A stretch of 64,000 nt of DNA, from positions 215,713-279,712 of the forward strand of contig JBAZJH010000001.1 of the NCBI GenBank assembly GCA_041651415.1, read 5' to 3'. The notes beneath the pieces are model-generated. The model saw only the letters and a program-made list of their open reading frames with translations. It did not search any database and was not told the origin of the DNA. The first letter of the stretch is position 1; every line of letters starts with the position of its first letter. A program made the position numbers and the translations under genes. Below are positions 37,911-49,624 of the stretch, piece after piece. Source of the stretch: Minisyncoccota bacterium. Lineage in GTDB: Bacteria > Patescibacteriota > Minisyncoccia > UBA6257 > XYB1-36-10.

Positions 37911-38450
37911 TTAACCGCTAACGACTTTCTTTCCCGATTTTCTTAAAATAATTTCTTCGACATATTTTATGCCTTTGCCTTTATAAGGTTCCGGTTTTTT
38001 TATGGCTCTGATATTAGCGGCGGTTTTACCGACTAGGTCTTTATTGAACCCGGAAATTTTGATGAGATTTTTTTCAAGCGCGATTTCTATGCCTTCCGGA
38101 ATAGGAAATTTAACCGGATGAGAAAAACCGACGCTTAAAATAAGATTTTTCCCTTCCAAAGCGGCGCGATAACCGACACCGTTAATTTCTAATTCTTTTT
38201 TAAAACCGAGAGACACACCGAGAACGGCGCCGTTTATCAAACTTCTCAAAGTCCCCCAGTTAGCCCGGCCTTGCTTGATGTTTTTTAAAAGAGAAATTTC
38301 AATAAGATTGTCTTTTATGGCAACATCCGTATAAGGAATGATTTTTATTTTTATTTCCCCTTTCGGCCCTTTTATCAAAATAAAACCATCCGCTTTAGAA
38401 ACGGAAACTTCATTTTTCAATTCTATTGGTTTTTTGCCGATTTTACTCAT
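37911..38450 (-). CDS. rplF: 50S ribosomal protein L6
   Basis: MSKIGKKPI and PEPYKGKGI. Confidence 0.96.
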   Translation of the reverse strand: MSKIGKKPIELKNEVSVSKADGFILIKGPKGEIKIKIIPYTDVAIKDNLIEISLLKNIKQGRANWGTLRSLINGAVLGVSLGFKKELEINGVGYRAALEGKNLILSVGFSHPVKFPIPEGIEIALEKNLIKISGFNKDLVGKTAANIRAIKKPEPYKGKGIKYVEEIILRKSGKKVVSG

Positions 38451-38456
38451 ATTTTT

Positions 38457-38837
38457 TTACCAGATTTCAAAAAGATATTCGCCGCCCAGTTTTTCTTTTC
38501 TAGCTTTAAACGAATTCATAATGCCTTTCGGAGTGGAAATAATTCCGGCGCCATAACCTTGCTTAACCGGACGCAAATCTTTATAACTTAAATAAACTTT
38601 TTTGGAAGGCTTGCTGAAGAATTTAAGACCGCTGATTATGGGCTGTCCGTTTTCATATAAGAGGTTAACATCAATTATTTTTTTGACTCCTTTCCCCTTC
38701 TTAGAAATAGCGCCAATTATTTTTCTTTCAGACAAAACTCCAAGAATATTAAAAACAAACTCCGAATAAGGAACTTTAATTTTTTCTTTTCCGACAGCTT
38801 GAGCGTTTTTAATTCTGATTAATGAATCTTGATACAT
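38457..38837 (-). CDS. rpsH: 30S ribosomal protein S8
   Basis: D.LIRIKNA, SKP, ISTPKGIM and GGE. Confidence 0.95.
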   Translation of the reverse strand: MYQDSLIRIKNAQAVGKEKIKVPYSEFVFNILGVLSERKIIGAISKKGKGVKKIIDVNLLYENGQPIISGLKFFSKPSKKVYLSYKDLRPVKQGYGAGIISTPKGIMNSFKARKEKLGGEYLFEIW

Positions 38838-38849
38838 AGACTTTTAAAC

Positions 38850-39035
38850 TTACCAGCTTGCTTTTTTAATTCCTGGAATTTGTCCGCGACTCGCCATTTC
38901 TCGAAAACAAATACGGCAAAGACCAAAATCTTTCAAATATCCTCTTTTGCGGCCGCAGCGAAAACATCTCGAAACTAAGCGAGAGGAAAATTTGGGTTTC
39001 TTTTTCGCGCGAGCGATTACTGATTTTTTAGCCAT
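38850..39035 (-). CDS. rpsZ: 30S ribosomal protein S14, Zn-binding type
   Basis: RCFRCGR...[10 protein letters not shown]. Confidence 0.95.
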   Translation of the reverse strand: MAKKSVIARAKKKPKFSSRLVSRCFRCGRKRGYLKDFGLCRICFREMASRGQIPGIKKASW

Positions 39036-39516
39036 GTTTTATAGGGACTTTTATTTCTTTTAAAAACTCAACTGATTTTTGACGGTTGCGAAATTTCGGA
39101 ATAACGGAAACTTCCAAACCAAAGGAAATTTTAGATTCTTCCGGAACTATTTCAGGAAAGATTGATTTATCGCGAAGACCGATGTTTAAAACGCCGCTCT
39201 TATCTACAGAGCTTGGCTTTAGTCCCCGAAAGTCCTTGATACGAGGTAGAACTATATTAATCAATCTGTCCAAAAAATCAACTGCGCGCTTTTTTCTCAA
39301 GGTTACTTTAAGACCGATAATCTGGCCGATTCTAAGCTTGAACCCGGAGATAGCGGATTTTGATTTGATAACCTCGGCTTTCTGGCCGGTGATAAGGCCA
39401 AGTTCTTTAATAAGTTCAGGAACAACTCTTGATTCAAAATCATTAGCCTGGCTCATTCTGCCGACACCGACATTAATAACAACTTTTTCTATTTTTCCTT
39501 TATATTTTTTATCCAT
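39028..39516 (-). CDS. rplE: 50S ribosomal protein L5 (short N-terminus)
   Basis: [19 protein letters not shown] and PRIKDFRG. Confidence 0.93.
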   Translation of the reverse strand: MDKKYKGKIEKVVINVGVGRMSQANDFESRVVPELIKELGLITGQKAEVIKSKSAISGFKLRIGQIIGLKVTLRKKRAVDFLDRLINIVLPRIKDFRGLKPSSVDKSGVLNIGLRDKSIFPEIVPEESKISFGLEVSVIPKFRNRQKSVEFLKEIKVPIKHG

Positions 39517-39520
39517 AAAA

Positions 39521-39853
39521 TTATTCAAGCCGAGTTTGGCATTTTTTGCAGATGCGAGCCTTTTTATTTTTATTATCCGCATTTTCCAGAATATAGCCGA
39601 CCCTGGAGGCTTTTTTGCAATTCGGACAAAGAAGAGCAATATTGGAAATATCAACCGCTCTCGGAACGGAAATTATCTCTCCTTTTTCTCCCTGGCGTTT
39701 CGGACGCTTATTTTTTTTAAGCAAATTCAAACCTTCGATAACCGCCTTTCTCAAAGAAGAGTCAACTTTAATGACTTTTCCCGTTTTGCCGCGGTCTTTA
39801 CCAGCCAGCATTTTTATAATGTCTCCTTTTTTTATCTTCATATTTTTAGACAA
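39521..39853 (-). CDS. rplX: 50S ribosomal protein L24
   Basis: IKKGD....AGKDRGKTG. Confidence 0.95.
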   Translation of the reverse strand: MSKNMKIKKGDIIKMLAGKDRGKTGKVIKVDSSLRKAVIEGLNLLKKNKRPKRQGEKGEIISVPRAVDISNIALLCPNCKKASRVGYILENADNKNKKARICKKCQTRLE

Positions 39854-40214
39854 TTTCTTCAGCTAAGTTGGCAATTTTATCGTAACCCCTTTGTTTTATT
39901 TCTTTCGGAATCGGCCCAAAGACGCGGGTAGCCACCGGTTCTTTTTTCGCGTCAACAATAACCACGGCATTTTCGTCAAATCTGATGTAAGAACCGTCGT
40001 CTCTTTTTGTTTCTTTTCTCTGTCTCACGACAACCGCTTTTACTATGTCTTTCTTTTTGATATTTTTCCGCGGTTCGGCCACTTTGACGGAAGCGACAAT
40101 AATATCGCCAAGACGCGCATAATGACGGCGGGTGCCTCCTAAAATGCGAAAACACTGCACGATTTTCGCGCCTGAATTGTCCGCCACCTTAAGCATTGAT
40201 CTTTCTTGAATCAT
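39846..40214 (-). CDS. rplN: 50S ribosomal protein L14
   Basis: MIQ....KVADNSGAK and RFDENA. Confidence 0.97.
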   Translation of the reverse strand: MIQERSMLKVADNSGAKIVQCFRILGGTRRHYARLGDIIVASVKVAEPRKNIKKKDIVKAVVVRQRKETKRDDGSYIRFDENAVVIVDAKKEPVATRVFGPIPKEIKQRGYDKIANLAEEIV

Positions 40215-40215
40215 G

Positions 40216-40455
40216 TTATTTTATTTCTTTTTTTCCGATTATTGTCCATCTTTTTTCTTTGGAGATAGGGCGGCTTTCTTCAAGCAGAACAAAATCCCCC
40301 GTTTTGAATTCATTCTTTTCGTCATGAGCTTTCAGTTTGGAAGAAACGCGGAAATATTTTCTGTATTTCGGATGCTTTTTCAAACGTTCAATCAAAACAA
40401 CTCTGGTTTTATCCATTTTGTCAGAGACTATTTTTCCCGATAATTTTCTTCTCAT
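40216..40455 (-). CDS. rpsQ: 30S ribosomal protein S17
   Basis: [18 protein letters not shown] and RPISK.KRW. Confidence 0.96.
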   Translation of the reverse strand: MRRKLSGKIVSDKMDKTRVVLIERLKKHPKYRKYFRVSSKLKAHDEKNEFKTGDFVLLEESRPISKEKRWTIIGKKEIK

Positions 40456-40466
40456 ATTTTTTAAAT

Positions 40467-40667
40467 TTATTTTTCCTGCTTTTTAAGAATAGTAAAGATT
40501 CTCGCGATTTCTTTTTTGGTATTTTTTATTTCTTTCACATTCTTTATCTTTCCGGCAGCCAAGTCAAATCTAAGAGAGCGCAAGCTTTCTTTTTTATCCG
40601 AAACGGATTTCAAAAGTTCCGCTTCCGATTTATTCATTATTTCTTCCAAAAATTTTTTTCTTTTCAT
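40467..40667 (-). CDS. rpmC: 50S ribosomal protein L29
   Basis: LRF....G......I...KK.IARI.T; operon position. Confidence 0.9.
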   Translation of the reverse strand: MKRKKFLEEIMNKSEAELLKSVSDKKESLRSLRFDLAAGKIKNVKEIKNTKKEIARIFTILKKQEK

Positions 40668-40668
40668 A

Positions 40669-41082
40669 TTAGTCTTTAATCAATACTTTGGTTTTAAAAG
40701 GAAGCTTGTGGCCGGCCAAGCGAAAAGCGGCGCGAGCTTTTTCTTCGGAAACACCGTCGATTTCAAAAAGAACCCGTCCGTTTCTGACCGGAAAAACATA
40801 TTTATCAACCGGACCTTTTCCGCCTCCCATAGTAACTTCCGGAGGCCTTTTTGTCACCGGTTTATCCGGAAAAACGCGAATCCAAACCTTGCCTTCCCTT
40901 TTCAAGTGATTAGTGATGGCGCGGCGGGCAGCTTCAATCTGAGCGGAAGTAAGCCATTTTGATTCAAGGGCTTGAATGCCGTATTTTCCGAAAGCGACAT
41001 AATTGCCGCGAGTTTCAACCGTTCTTTTTTTAGAACGTCCTTTCTGCCATTTTCTATGTTTTACTTTTTTAGGAATAAGCAT
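40669..41082 (-). CDS. rplP: 50S ribosomal protein L16
   Basis: MLIPKKVKHRK, QIEAARR and WIRVFPDKP. Confidence 0.97.
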   Translation of the reverse strand: MLIPKKVKHRKWQKGRSKKRTVETRGNYVAFGKYGIQALESKWLTSAQIEAARRAITNHLKREGKVWIRVFPDKPVTKRPPEVTMGGGKGPVDKYVFPVRNGRVLFEIDGVSEEKARAAFRLAGHKLPFKTKVLIKD

Positions 41083-41097
41083 GGTGAAAAATTAAAA

Positions 41098-41787
41098 TTA
41101 CTTTTGGGATTTATTCTCCGCAACCGGCTTTTCGGCAAAAATTTCGCCTTTATTTATCCAAACCTTTACGCCAATCGTTCCGAAAGTCGTAAAAGCAGTA
41201 GCGTCTCCGTAATCAATATCGGCTCTCAAGGTTTGAAGAGGAATCGTGCCTTTTGCCAGCCATTCGGTGCGGGCAATCTCCGCTCCGTCCAAACGTCCGG
41301 AAACTTTTATTTTTACTCCTTTGACATCCCTGTTCTGTTCCGCCAGCTCGATGTATTTTTTTAAAGTCCTTCTGAATTTAAATCTTTTCTCCAGGTCCCA
41401 AGCTATTTGCTGAGCCATCAGAACAGCGGAAATTTCCGTTCTCTTTAACTCTTCGATATTAAGATTGATGGGAAAATTTTTTTTCGTGTCTTTGGTGGTT
41501 TTCTTCAAAGCTTTAACTATGGCTTTATTCAAGTCTTCTATCCCCTGTCCGCCGCGGCCGATAATAAGGCCCGGGCGAGCGGCGCGGATGTGAATTTTGC
41601 ATTCGTTTCCGGTTCTTTCGATTTCAATCGAAACAATACCGCCGGCGCTGATTTTTTTATTGATGACATGCCTGATAATTTCATCTTGTTCAAGAAAATC
41701 TTTAAAACCTTCCTTGAAAAACCACCTTGATTTCCAAGGTTTCATAATTCCTAAACGAAATGAGTCGGGCCTGATTTTGTGTCCCAT
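41098..41787 (-). CDS. rpsC: 30S ribosomal protein S3
   Basis: MGHK..P..FRLG, RPGLIIG.GG and SGRL.GAEIAR. Confidence 0.97.
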   Translation of the reverse strand: MGHKIRPDSFRLGIMKPWKSRWFFKEGFKDFLEQDEIIRHVINKKISAGGIVSIEIERTGNECKIHIRAARPGLIIGRGGQGIEDLNKAIVKALKKTTKDTKKNFPINLNIEELKRTEISAVLMAQQIAWDLEKRFKFRRTLKKYIELAEQNRDVKGVKIKVSGRLDGAEIARTEWLAKGTIPLQTLRADIDYGDATAFTTFGTIGVKVWINKGEIFAEKPVAENKSQK

Positions 41788-41807
41788 AGTGATAATTTAA
41801 AATTTAA

Positions 41808-42344
41808 TTAAACGGATTTTCGGCGGAACATTTGTTTGAAGAATCCTTTTTCTTTCGCCACTTCTTTTCTGCCCGTTTTTTCGACTTCTTTTTCCATAAT
41901 CTTTTTGGAAGATTCTTTTTTCAATTCCGGTTTTTTACCCGCTTTTTCTTCTTTCTTCTCTTTTTTCTTTTTGATGATATTGAACTTGGCTTTAAAATTC
42001 TTGTCTTTAATTTCATCAAGAACAAGAGAAATATGGCTGCATTTTCTTTGAATCGGAGAAGCGGAACCGCGGGCGCGGGGAAGAAATCTTTTAAGCTTCG
42101 GACCTTCGTTGACAATAATGTTTTTTACAAAAAGAGCGTCCGAATTGAGATTCTTGTTTTTTTCCTTGGCGGAAGAAACGGCGGAACGAATAAGCTTCAA
42201 TATGGGAAGAGCGGAACGTTTGGACATTAAAATAAGCTCCGCTTCCGCAGAATTAACCGGCATGCCTTTAATCAAGTTCGCGATCAAGCGGACCTTTCTT
42301 GGAGCCATGCGTAAATAATTGAGTTGTGCTTTTTGTTCCGTCAT
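41808..42344 (-). CDS. rplV: 50S ribosomal protein L22 with a Lys/Glu-rich C-terminal extension
   Basis: RMAPRKVRLIA and PRARG. Confidence 0.95.
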   Translation of the reverse strand: MTEQKAQLNYLRMAPRKVRLIANLIKGMPVNSAEAELILMSKRSALPILKLIRSAVSSAKEKNKNLNSDALFVKNIIVNEGPKLKRFLPRARGSASPIQRKCSHISLVLDEIKDKNFKAKFNIIKKKKEKKEEKAGKKPELKKESSKKIMEKEVEKTGRKEVAKEKGFFKQMFRRKSV

Positions 42345-42351
42345 ATTTTAT

Positions 42352-42663
42352 TTATTTAGCGGGAGCGGCGGGAGCCGGTTTTGCCGCCGAACCTTTTTCA
42401 ATATCTCTTTGCATTTTTCCGCCGTGGCGAACAAATTTTCTGGTCGGAGAAAATTCCCCCAAACGATGCCCGACCATATCTTCAACCACTTTAACTTCAA
42501 TGAATTCTTTTCCGTTATAAACGCCAAAAGCGCGACCAATCATTTCAGGCGAAATTTCCGAAGCGCGGGACCAGGTTTTAATAACTTCGCCCGGCTTGGA
42601 TTTTTCCATTTTTTTCAACAATTTTTGGTCAACGAACGGACCTTTTTTAAGTGAGCGCGACAT
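42352..42663 (-). CDS. rpsS: 30S ribosomal protein S19
   Basis: [12 protein letters not shown] and [11 protein letters not shown]. Confidence 0.97.
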   Translation of the reverse strand: MSRSLKKGPFVDQKLLKKMEKSKPGEVIKTWSRASEISPEMIGRAFGVYNGKEFIEVKVVEDMVGHRLGEFSPTRKFVRHGGKMQRDIEKGSAAKPAPAAPAK

Positions 42664-42665
42664 AA

Positions 42666-43496
42666 TTATTTTTTCTTATTTCTTCTTTCTATAATGAATA
42701 AATTGGATTTCTTTTTCTTGTTTCTGGTTCGGCGACCGCCAGTAACATTGCCCCAAATATCTTTCGGGCGCTTGGTGCCTCTTTGCGTGCGGCCTTCGCC
42801 GCCGCCATAAGGATGGTCAACCGGATTCATAACCGAACCGCGGACAGTGGGACGAATGCCAAGCCAGCGAGAACGTCCGGCTTTTCCGGAAACAACCAGA
42901 TTGTTTTCCGGATTGGAAGCGCGCCCCAAAGTGGCAAAACCGGCGGAAGGAACCTTTCTGATTTCGCCGGAAGGCATTTTCAAATGAGTGAATTTTCCTT
43001 CAAGAGCCGCCACTTCCACAAAAGAGCCGGCGGAACGAGCAATTTGCCCGCCTTTATTTGGAGAAAGTTCAACATTAAAGATTTGATAGCCAACCGGAAT
43101 TCTGTTTAAAGGAAGACGATTGCCATTCTTCAAAGGAGCTTTATCACCAGTCATAACAGAATCGCCGACCTTAAGATCATGGGCCGCTAAAATATAACTT
43201 CTTTCTCCGGTTTTGTAAACGATACGAGCGATAAAAGCGGAACGATAAGGGTCGTATTCAAGATGTTCCACTTTAGCCGGAATATTCAAAAAGCTTTGTT
43301 TGAAATCAATGAGGCGATAAAGTTTTTTATGGCCTCCGCCTTGATGACGAACAGTAATGCGGCCGGCGGAATTGCGGCCGGAACGGGAAGAAATTTTTAT
43401 CAAAAGTTTCTTTAAAGGCTCCACTTTAGAAAGGGAGGAAAAATCCGCAAGAATCATTTGGCGCCTGCCGGGCGTTCGGGGATTAAATTTTTTCAT
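42666..43496 (-). CDS. rplB: 50S ribosomal protein L2
   Basis: [19 protein letters not shown] and [14 protein letters not shown]. Confidence 0.98.
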   Translation of the reverse strand: MKKFNPRTPGRRQMILADFSSLSKVEPLKKLLIKISSRSGRNSAGRITVRHQGGGHKKLYRLIDFKQSFLNIPAKVEHLEYDPYRSAFIARIVYKTGERSYILAAHDLKVGDSVMTGDKAPLKNGNRLPLNRIPVGYQIFNVELSPNKGGQIARSAGSFVEVAALEGKFTHLKMPSGEIRKVPSAGFATLGRASNPENNLVVSGKAGRSRWLGIRPTVRGSVMNPVDHPYGGGEGRTQRGTKRPKDIWGNVTGGRRTRNKKKKSNLFIIERRNKKK

Positions 43497-43499
43497 ATT

Positions 43500-43778
43500 T
43501 TATTCGGGAAGCGTGTCTATTTTTTGGCCTTTTTTCAGGGTAACGATTATTTTTCTTTTGCCTTCCTGTTTGGAAAACTTGGAACCGAATCTTTTCTTTT
43601 TTCCCGGAAGATTAATAATGTTCGCTTTAATAACATTAACAGAATAAAGGCGTTCAATAATTTTTTTCGCTTCCGAAGAGGAGGAATTTTTATTAATCAA
43701 AAAAATGTATTTTCCGGAACTGCCGAGGTCAACGGATTTTTCAGTGATATAAGGTTTTTTTAGTAAAAGCGGATTCAT
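43500..43778 (-). CDS. rplW: 50S ribosomal protein L23
   Basis: P.ITEKS; position between rplD and rplB. Confidence 0.92.
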   Translation of the reverse strand: MNPLLLKKPYITEKSVDLGSSGKYIFLINKNSSSSEAKKIIERLYSVNVIKANIINLPGKKKRFGSKFSKQEGKRKIIVTLKKGQKIDTLPE

Positions 43779-43784
43779 ATTTTT

Positions 43785-44453
43785 TTATTTCGTTTTAGCA
43801 TCAGCGGTTCCGACCGCGGATTTTCCAAAATGGCTGATAATCGTGGAAACAGCGTCTTTTTCTATAAAAATATCACGATAAACGGAGAGGTCGTAAACGT
43901 TCAAAGATTCAGGATTAATAGAAAGAACTTTCGGAATATTTTTAGTTGCCCGATTAAAATCGCGATTTTCTTTAGCCGGCACAAAAGCGGCGCTCACTTT
44001 ATTTTTTTCGGCAAAAAGATTTTTGACTATGGAAGCCGCTTCTTTTGTTTTTGGAGAACTTAATTTCAAAGAATCGATTATCTTAAGATTTCCGTCTTTT
44101 ACTTTTTTAGACAAAAGAGAAAACAAAGCGGCAACTTTCTGCTTTTTATTTATTTTTTTATCAAAACTTATGGCCGGATTAGGACCATGAGTAACACCGC
44201 CGCCTTTCCAAAGCGGAGAACGAATGGAGCCGTGGCGGGCGCGGCCGGTACCTTTTTGTTTCCAAGGTTTTTTGCCGCCGCCTTGCACCTCTCCCCTATT
44301 TTTGACGCTAGCCACAACTTCGCGAGAATTGGAACGCTGAACTTCATAAGCGAAATGAACCAGTTCTGGATTCCAATCGGCGGAGAAAGCAAAATCAGGC
44401 AAATCCATTTCGCCCACTTTTTTGTTTTTTATGTTGTAGATATCGGCAATCAT
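43785..44453 (-). CDS. rplD: 50S ribosomal protein L4
   Basis: GGGKKPWKQKGTGRARHGSIRSP. Confidence 0.97.
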   Translation of the reverse strand: MIADIYNIKNKKVGEMDLPDFAFSADWNPELVHFAYEVQRSNSREVVASVKNRGEVQGGGKKPWKQKGTGRARHGSIRSPLWKGGGVTHGPNPAISFDKKINKKQKVAALFSLLSKKVKDGNLKIIDSLKLSSPKTKEAASIVKNLFAEKNKVSAAFVPAKENRDFNRATKNIPKVLSINPESLNVYDLSVYRDIFIEKDAVSTIISHFGKSAVGTADAKTK

Positions 44454-44458
44454 TTTTT

Positions 44459-45013
44459 TTATTTCTTTATTTCCAAAACGGAACCGTTAAATCCCGGAAC
44501 CGCTCCCATAATAAACAAAGTGTTGTCTTCTTTATTGACTTTAACCACGGTCAGATTTTTGACGGAAACTTTTTTCAAACCGTCGTGGCCGGCCATACGA
44601 AGACCTTTCCTGACTTTTTGAACGCCACCGGCGCCAAGAGAGCCCGGGGCGCGATGGCGGTCTTTTTGTCCATGGCTTTTCGGTCCGCCATGGAAACCAT
44701 GCCTTTTAATGGCGCTCTGAAATCCTTTGCCGCGGGAAATCCCCGAAACAACAACTTTATCCCCTTCATTAAAAAGGGAAACATCTAAGACGTCTCCTTT
44801 TTTGATTTCTTTTGATTCCGAGCGGAATTCCCTTAAAACTTTTCTTTTGCCGATAGGCATAGAAACTTGAATCGCTTCGTAACCGTGTTTATCCAAGTTG
44901 CGAAGATTGGAGACAGTGTTCGGTTCGGCTTTAATAACCGTGACCGGAACCACTTTTTCATTTTGCCAAATCTGGCTCATTTTAACTTTTTTTCCAAGGA
45001 TAAACTTATTCAT
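44459..45013 (-). CDS. rplC: 50S ribosomal protein L3
   Basis: LGKK..MSQ, GKGFQ..IKRHGF and GAVPG. Confidence 0.96.
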   Translation of the reverse strand: MNKFILGKKVKMSQIWQNEKVVPVTVIKAEPNTVSNLRNLDKHGYEAIQVSMPIGKRKVLREFRSESKEIKKGDVLDVSLFNEGDKVVVSGISRGKGFQSAIKRHGFHGGPKSHGQKDRHRAPGSLGAGGVQKVRKGLRMAGHDGLKKVSVKNLTVVKVNKEDNTLFIMGAVPGFNGSVLEIKK

Positions 45014-45260
45014 AATTTTTCAAAAAAATAAAGGGCGGGCCCTTCAATAGTTTGAAATTAACCCATTTACGCGTGTCCTGAATTATAAAGCATCAGAAAG
45101 GGTAATGTCAAGAGAAAAAAACAACAGCAATAAATAGATAAAACTTTACATCCCAACGCGAGGGTTCGCGGAGATTTAATAATCTTTTTTTTGCTAAAAG
45201 AAACAAAAATCCCTCTGTTTTATTATAGAGGGATTTTTGAAAGAAATAGATAGAACTTAT

Positions 45261-45605
45261 TTATACAGCGGAGCCGACGCCAACCATTTTGATTTCCACA
45301 TCAATACCGGCGGGAAGATTCAGATTGGAAAGCGATTCGATGATCACGCGGTTCGGATTCAAGATATCAATCAATCTTTTGTGAACGCGAAGCTCAAACT
45401 GTTCGCGAGAATCCTTATGGACAAAAGTGGAACGATTAACGGTGTAGCGCTTTATTTCAGTAGGCAAAGGAATCGGACCGACGATTTCGCCGCCATTCCT
45501 TTCTGCTGTGTCAATGATTTGATGGCAAGAATTATCAACGAGCTTATGGTCGTAACCCTTGACCCTAAGGCGCAAATACTCCGCTTGTCCCTTCTTTTTT
45601 ACCAT
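45261..45605 (-). CDS. rpsJ: 30S ribosomal protein S10
   Basis: GPIPLPT and KDSREQFE.RVHKRLID. Confidence 0.97.
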   Translation of the reverse strand: MVKKKGQAEYLRLRVKGYDHKLVDNSCHQIIDTAERNGGEIVGPIPLPTEIKRYTVNRSTFVHKDSREQFELRVHKRLIDILNPNRVIIESLSNLNLPAGIDVEIKMVGVGSAV

Positions 45606-45607
45606 AT

Positions 45608-46807
45608 TTATTTATTGATTTTTGTAACAACTCCGGCGCCAACGGTTTTTCCTCCTTCGCGGATAGCAAATCTCTGGCGTTCCTCAAGAGCAACTGGGGA
45701 AATAAGTTTCACTTTGAAAGTGACAGTGTCGCCCGGCATAACCATTTCCACGCCAGCTGGAAGTTCAACTTCTCCGGTGACATCGGTGGTTCTGATGTAA
45801 AACTGAGGTTTGTATCCTTTGAAAAACGGAGTATGACGGCCGCCTTCCTCTTTATTTAAGACATAGATTTCGGCGTCAAATTCGGAATGAGGAGTAACGG
45901 AACCAGGTTTTGCAAGAACTTGTCCGCGTTCCACATCTTCTTTCTTAAGCCCGCGGATAAGGATTCCAACATTGTCTCCGGCTTGTCCTTCATCCAAAGT
46001 TTTATTAAACATTTCAATTCCGGTAACAACGGTTTTTTGAGTGTCGCGAAGACCGATAATTTCGATTTCTTCGTTGACCTTAACAACGCCTCTCTCAATA
46101 CGGCCGGTAACGACCGTTCCTCTTCCTTCAATGGAGAAAATATCTTCTATAGGCATAAGGAAAGGCTTGTCGAGTTCGCGAACCGGATCAGGAATGTAGC
46201 TATCCATAGCATCGATCAAATCAAGAATGCATTTGGCTTCCGGAGCATCAATTGAGATTGCTTCAAGAGCTTTAAGAGCGGAACCACGGATAATCGGCGT
46301 GTTGTCTCCGTCAAATTCATATTTTTTAAGGAGCTCGCGAATTTCGGATTCAACAAGGTCAATAAGTTCCGGGTCATCAACCATATCGCACTTATTCAAG
46401 AAAACTATAATTTTTGGAACACCAACCTGGTGAGCAAGAAGAATGTGTTCGCGGGTTTGAGGCATCGGGCCGTCTGTTGCCGCCACCACAAGAACCGCGC
46501 CGTCCATCTGAGCGGCTCCGGTAATCATGTTTTTAATGTAGTCGGCGTGTCCGGGAGCATCAATGTGGGCGTAGTGCCTCTTTTCCGATTCATATTCCGA
46601 ATGATGCAAAGCGATAGTGATACCGCGTTGCTTTTCTTCCGGTGCATTATCAATTTGGTCGACTTTCTCTTCTTTTTTGGCTAAACCTTTTTTAAAAAGG
46701 ATGTGGGTAATAGCCGCAGTGAGCGTAGTCTTGCCGTGATCAACGTGGCCGATTGTGCCAACATTGACGTGCGGTTTGGAACGCTGAAATTTTTCTTTTT
46801 CTGCCAT
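45608..46807 (-). CDS. tuf: Elongation factor Tu
   Basis: [17 protein letters not shown] and NKCD. Confidence 0.99.
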   Translation of the reverse strand: MAEKEKFQRSKPHVNVGTIGHVDHGKTTLTAAITHILFKKGLAKKEEKVDQIDNAPEEKQRGITIALHHSEYESEKRHYAHIDAPGHADYIKNMITGAAQMDGAVLVVAATDGPMPQTREHILLAHQVGVPKIIVFLNKCDMVDDPELIDLVESEIRELLKKYEFDGDNTPIIRGSALKALEAISIDAPEAKCILDLIDAMDSYIPDPVRELDKPFLMPIEDIFSIEGRGTVVTGRIERGVVKVNEEIEIIGLRDTQKTVVTGIEMFNKTLDEGQAGDNVGILIRGLKKEDVERGQVLAKPGSVTPHSEFDAEIYVLNKEEGGRHTPFFKGYKPQFYIRTTDVTGEVELPAGVEMVMPGDTVTFKVKLISPVALEERQRFAIREGGKTVGAGVVTKINK

Positions 46808-46944
46808 ATTATTAGATTAATAAATAATAATTAATTTTAAAAAACTTTATTCTTTTTCGCAATTCTTATTTTAAGGCAAAAGCCTTAGTTTTGTCAATAA
46901 GGTTTTGCATATAAAATTTATTTTATAAATTTTAGACGAAGCTC

Positions 46945-49050
46945 TTATTTTCGACCTTCAATAATTTCCTGTTCGATATTTTTCGGGACAGGTTCATAGG
47001 AACCAAATTCCATTGTGAAGCTTCCCCGTCCTTGAGTCAAAGAACGGAGCTTGGTGGCATAACCGAACATTTCGGAAAGCGGAACTTTCACGTCGATGAC
47101 TTTCGTGCCTTCGCGGTCGTCCATGGATTCAATCCGGCCTCTCTTGGAATTCAGGTCGCCCGAAACATCGCCTAAAAATTCAAGCGGAATAATCGTCTGA
47201 ACCTTCATAATCGGTTCCAAAATTATCGGTTTGGCGCGCTTAGCGGCTTCTTGTAAAGCCATAGAAGCGGCAATTTTGAAAGCAGCTTCGGAAGAGTCGA
47301 CTTCATGAAAAGAACCATCATAAAGAGCAACTTCAAAATCAACGAGAGGAAAACCGGCGATAACGCCTTTTTGCAAAGCTTCCTTGACTCCTTTTTCCAC
47401 CGCCGGAATAAATTCATTCGGAATAGCGCCTCCCTTAATTTCATTTTCAAAAGTGAAACCGGCACCGCGCTCAAGCGGAGTGATTCTAAGACGCACATGG
47501 CCGTATTGTCCGCGTCCGCCGGACTGGCGAATATATTTTCCTTCAGCTTCAGAACCGGTCGTTACAGTTTCTTTATAAGCAACTTGCGGACGACCGACTG
47601 ACGCGTCCACATTAAATTCACGCTTCATACGGTCAACAATAATTTCGAGATGAAGTTCACCCATGCCGGCAATAATAGTTTCGCCGGTTTCCTGGTCGCT
47701 TTTGATGCGAAAAGTCGGGTCTTCATCAGCCAGACGCTTAAGAGCCAAGCCCATTTTTTCCTGGTCGGCTTTTGTCTTCGGGTCGATTTTAACATTAATA
47801 ACCGGTTCTGGAAACACAATTTTTTCCAAAATAATCGGGCGGTCGGGAGAACAAAGCGTGTCGCCGGTCGTGGTGTTTTTCAAACCAACAATGGCGCCGA
47901 TGTCGCCGGAAAAAATTTCTTCCACTTCTTCGCGCTGATTAGCATGCATGCGGAGAATCCGGCCGACTCTTTCTTGTTCGTTCTTAATGGAATTTAAAAT
48001 GTAGCTGCCTTTTTTAAGGCTGCCGGCATAAACGCGGAAGAAAGTGAGGTGTCCAACATAAGGGTCGGAAGCGATTTTGAAAGCAAGAGAAGTGAAGGGA
48101 GCGCTATCGTCTGGATTTACAGTAATTTCCGCTTCGGTTTTAGGATCATTGCCTTTAACCGGAGGAACGTCTAGTGGAGACGGAAGATAATCAACTACAG
48201 CATCAAGAAGAAGCTGGACGCCTTTATTTCGAAGAGCGGTGCCGCAAAGAACCGGTACAAGAACGTAATTAATAGTGGCTTGCCTTAAAGTTTTTTTCAG
48301 TTCGTCTACAGAAATTTCTTCGCCGTTTAGATATTTATTTATAAGAGCTTCATCCTGCTCGGAAATTTTTTCAACAAGAATCGCTCTTTTTGCTTCCGCT
48401 TCCGCGCGCAAATTTTCCGGAATTTCAATTTTTTCCATTTTTTCTCCGTTTTCGCCGGAAAAAGAAAAAGCTTGCATAGTGAGAAGGTCAATGACGCCGG
48501 AGAAAGCGCCTTCCGCACCAATAGGAATTTCAAGAGCAACGGCTTTTTTAGTCAGTTTTTTTAAAATGGAATCGAAACTTTTATCAAAACTTGCGCCCAT
48601 GCGGTCAAGTTTGTTGATAAAACAAATTCTCGGAACTTTATATTTATCGGCTTGGCGCCAAACGGTTTCCGATTGCGGTTCAACACCGGCAACGCCGTCA
48701 AAAACTACAACACCGCCGTCTAAGACGCGGAGAGACCTCTCAACTTCAACCGTGAAGTCAACGTGGCCGGGAGTGTCAATCAAATTAATGCGATATTCAA
48801 AATTCTTATCTCCTTTTTTATAAGTAGGGGTCCAAAAACAAGTGGTGGCGGCGGAAGTAATAGTGATGCCGCGTTCGCGTTCCTGTTCCATCCAATCCAT
48901 AATGGCTTCTCCTTCGTGAACCTCGCCGATTTTATGCGAAATGCCGGTGTAAAAAAGAATGCGTTCGGAAACAGTTGTTTTTCCGGCATCGATATGAGCG
49001 ATAATGCCGATATCTCTCACTTTTTCCATTGGGTATTGTCGAGCAGACAT
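46945..49050 (-). CDS. fusA: Elongation factor G
   Basis: [17 protein letters not shown] and GMGELHL. Confidence 0.99.
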   Translation of the reverse strand: MSARQYPMEKVRDIGIIAHIDAGKTTVSERILFYTGISHKIGEVHEGEAIMDWMEQERERGITITSAATTCFWTPTYKKGDKNFEYRINLIDTPGHVDFTVEVERSLRVLDGGVVVFDGVAGVEPQSETVWRQADKYKVPRICFINKLDRMGASFDKSFDSILKKLTKKAVALEIPIGAEGAFSGVIDLLTMQAFSFSGENGEKMEKIEIPENLRAEAEAKRAILVEKISEQDEALINKYLNGEEISVDELKKTLRQATINYVLVPVLCGTALRNKGVQLLLDAVVDYLPSPLDVPPVKGNDPKTEAEITVNPDDSAPFTSLAFKIASDPYVGHLTFFRVYAGSLKKGSYILNSIKNEQERVGRILRMHANQREEVEEIFSGDIGAIVGLKNTTTGDTLCSPDRPIILEKIVFPEPVINVKIDPKTKADQEKMGLALKRLADEDPTFRIKSDQETGETIIAGMGELHLEIIVDRMKREFNVDASVGRPQVAYKETVTTGSEAEGKYIRQSGGRGQYGHVRLRITPLERGAGFTFENEIKGGAIPNEFIPAVEKGVKEALQKGVIAGFPLVDFEVALYDGSFHEVDSSEAAFKIAASMALQEAAKRAKPIILEPIMKVQTIIPLEFLGDVSGDLNSKRGRIESMDDREGTKVIDVKVPLSEMFGYATKLRSLTQGRGSFTMEFGSYEPVPKNIEQEIIEGRK

Positions 49051-49125
49051 ATTATAAAAAAATTTCTAATTTCTAATGATTAATGATATTGCGACTAAAA
49101 AACAAGCAAAAACATATGTTTTGCT

Positions 49126-49614
49126 TTATTTATTCTTAGGTTTGGAAAAATTGGCAAAGTGAGCAAAAGCGCGGTTAGCTTCAGCCATTTTATGGGTATC
49201 CAGTTTTTTCTTAATAGCGTTGCCTTCGTTATTCGCCGCAGCAATCAGTTCTTCCGCCAAGCGTTTTGACATCGGCATGCCTTTTTTGCCGCGCGCGGCG
49301 GTGATAATCCAGCGGGCAGCCAAAATAAAACGGCGGTCGGGACGAACTTCAATCGGAATCTGATAATTGGCGCCTCCCACTCGGCGAGAAGCAAGCTCAA
49401 TATCAGGAGCGGCGTTTTCCATAGCTTTTTCAAAAACCGCCACCGGGTCCTGTCCGGTTTTTTCCGCCAAAATACTAAAACAATCGTGAATGATTTTTTC
49501 AGCCGCGGTTTTTTTGCCGTCCAGCATCAAATAATTGACAAAACGGCCAATGTCGAGGCGGTTATATTCAAAGTCCGGACCGAAATGTTTTTTATAAACT
49601 CTTTTTTTTCTCAT
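49126..49614 (-). CDS. rpsG: 30S ribosomal protein S7
   Basis: RRVGGANYQ.P and HKMAEANRAFAH. Confidence 0.97.
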   Translation of the reverse strand: MRKKRVYKKHFGPDFEYNRLDIGRFVNYLMLDGKKTAAEKIIHDCFSILAEKTGQDPVAVFEKAMENAAPDIELASRRVGGANYQIPIEVRPDRRFILAARWIITAARGKKGMPMSKRLAEELIAAANNEGNAIKKKLDTHKMAEANRAFAHFANFSKPKNK

Positions 49615-49624
49615 CTTGATTTAT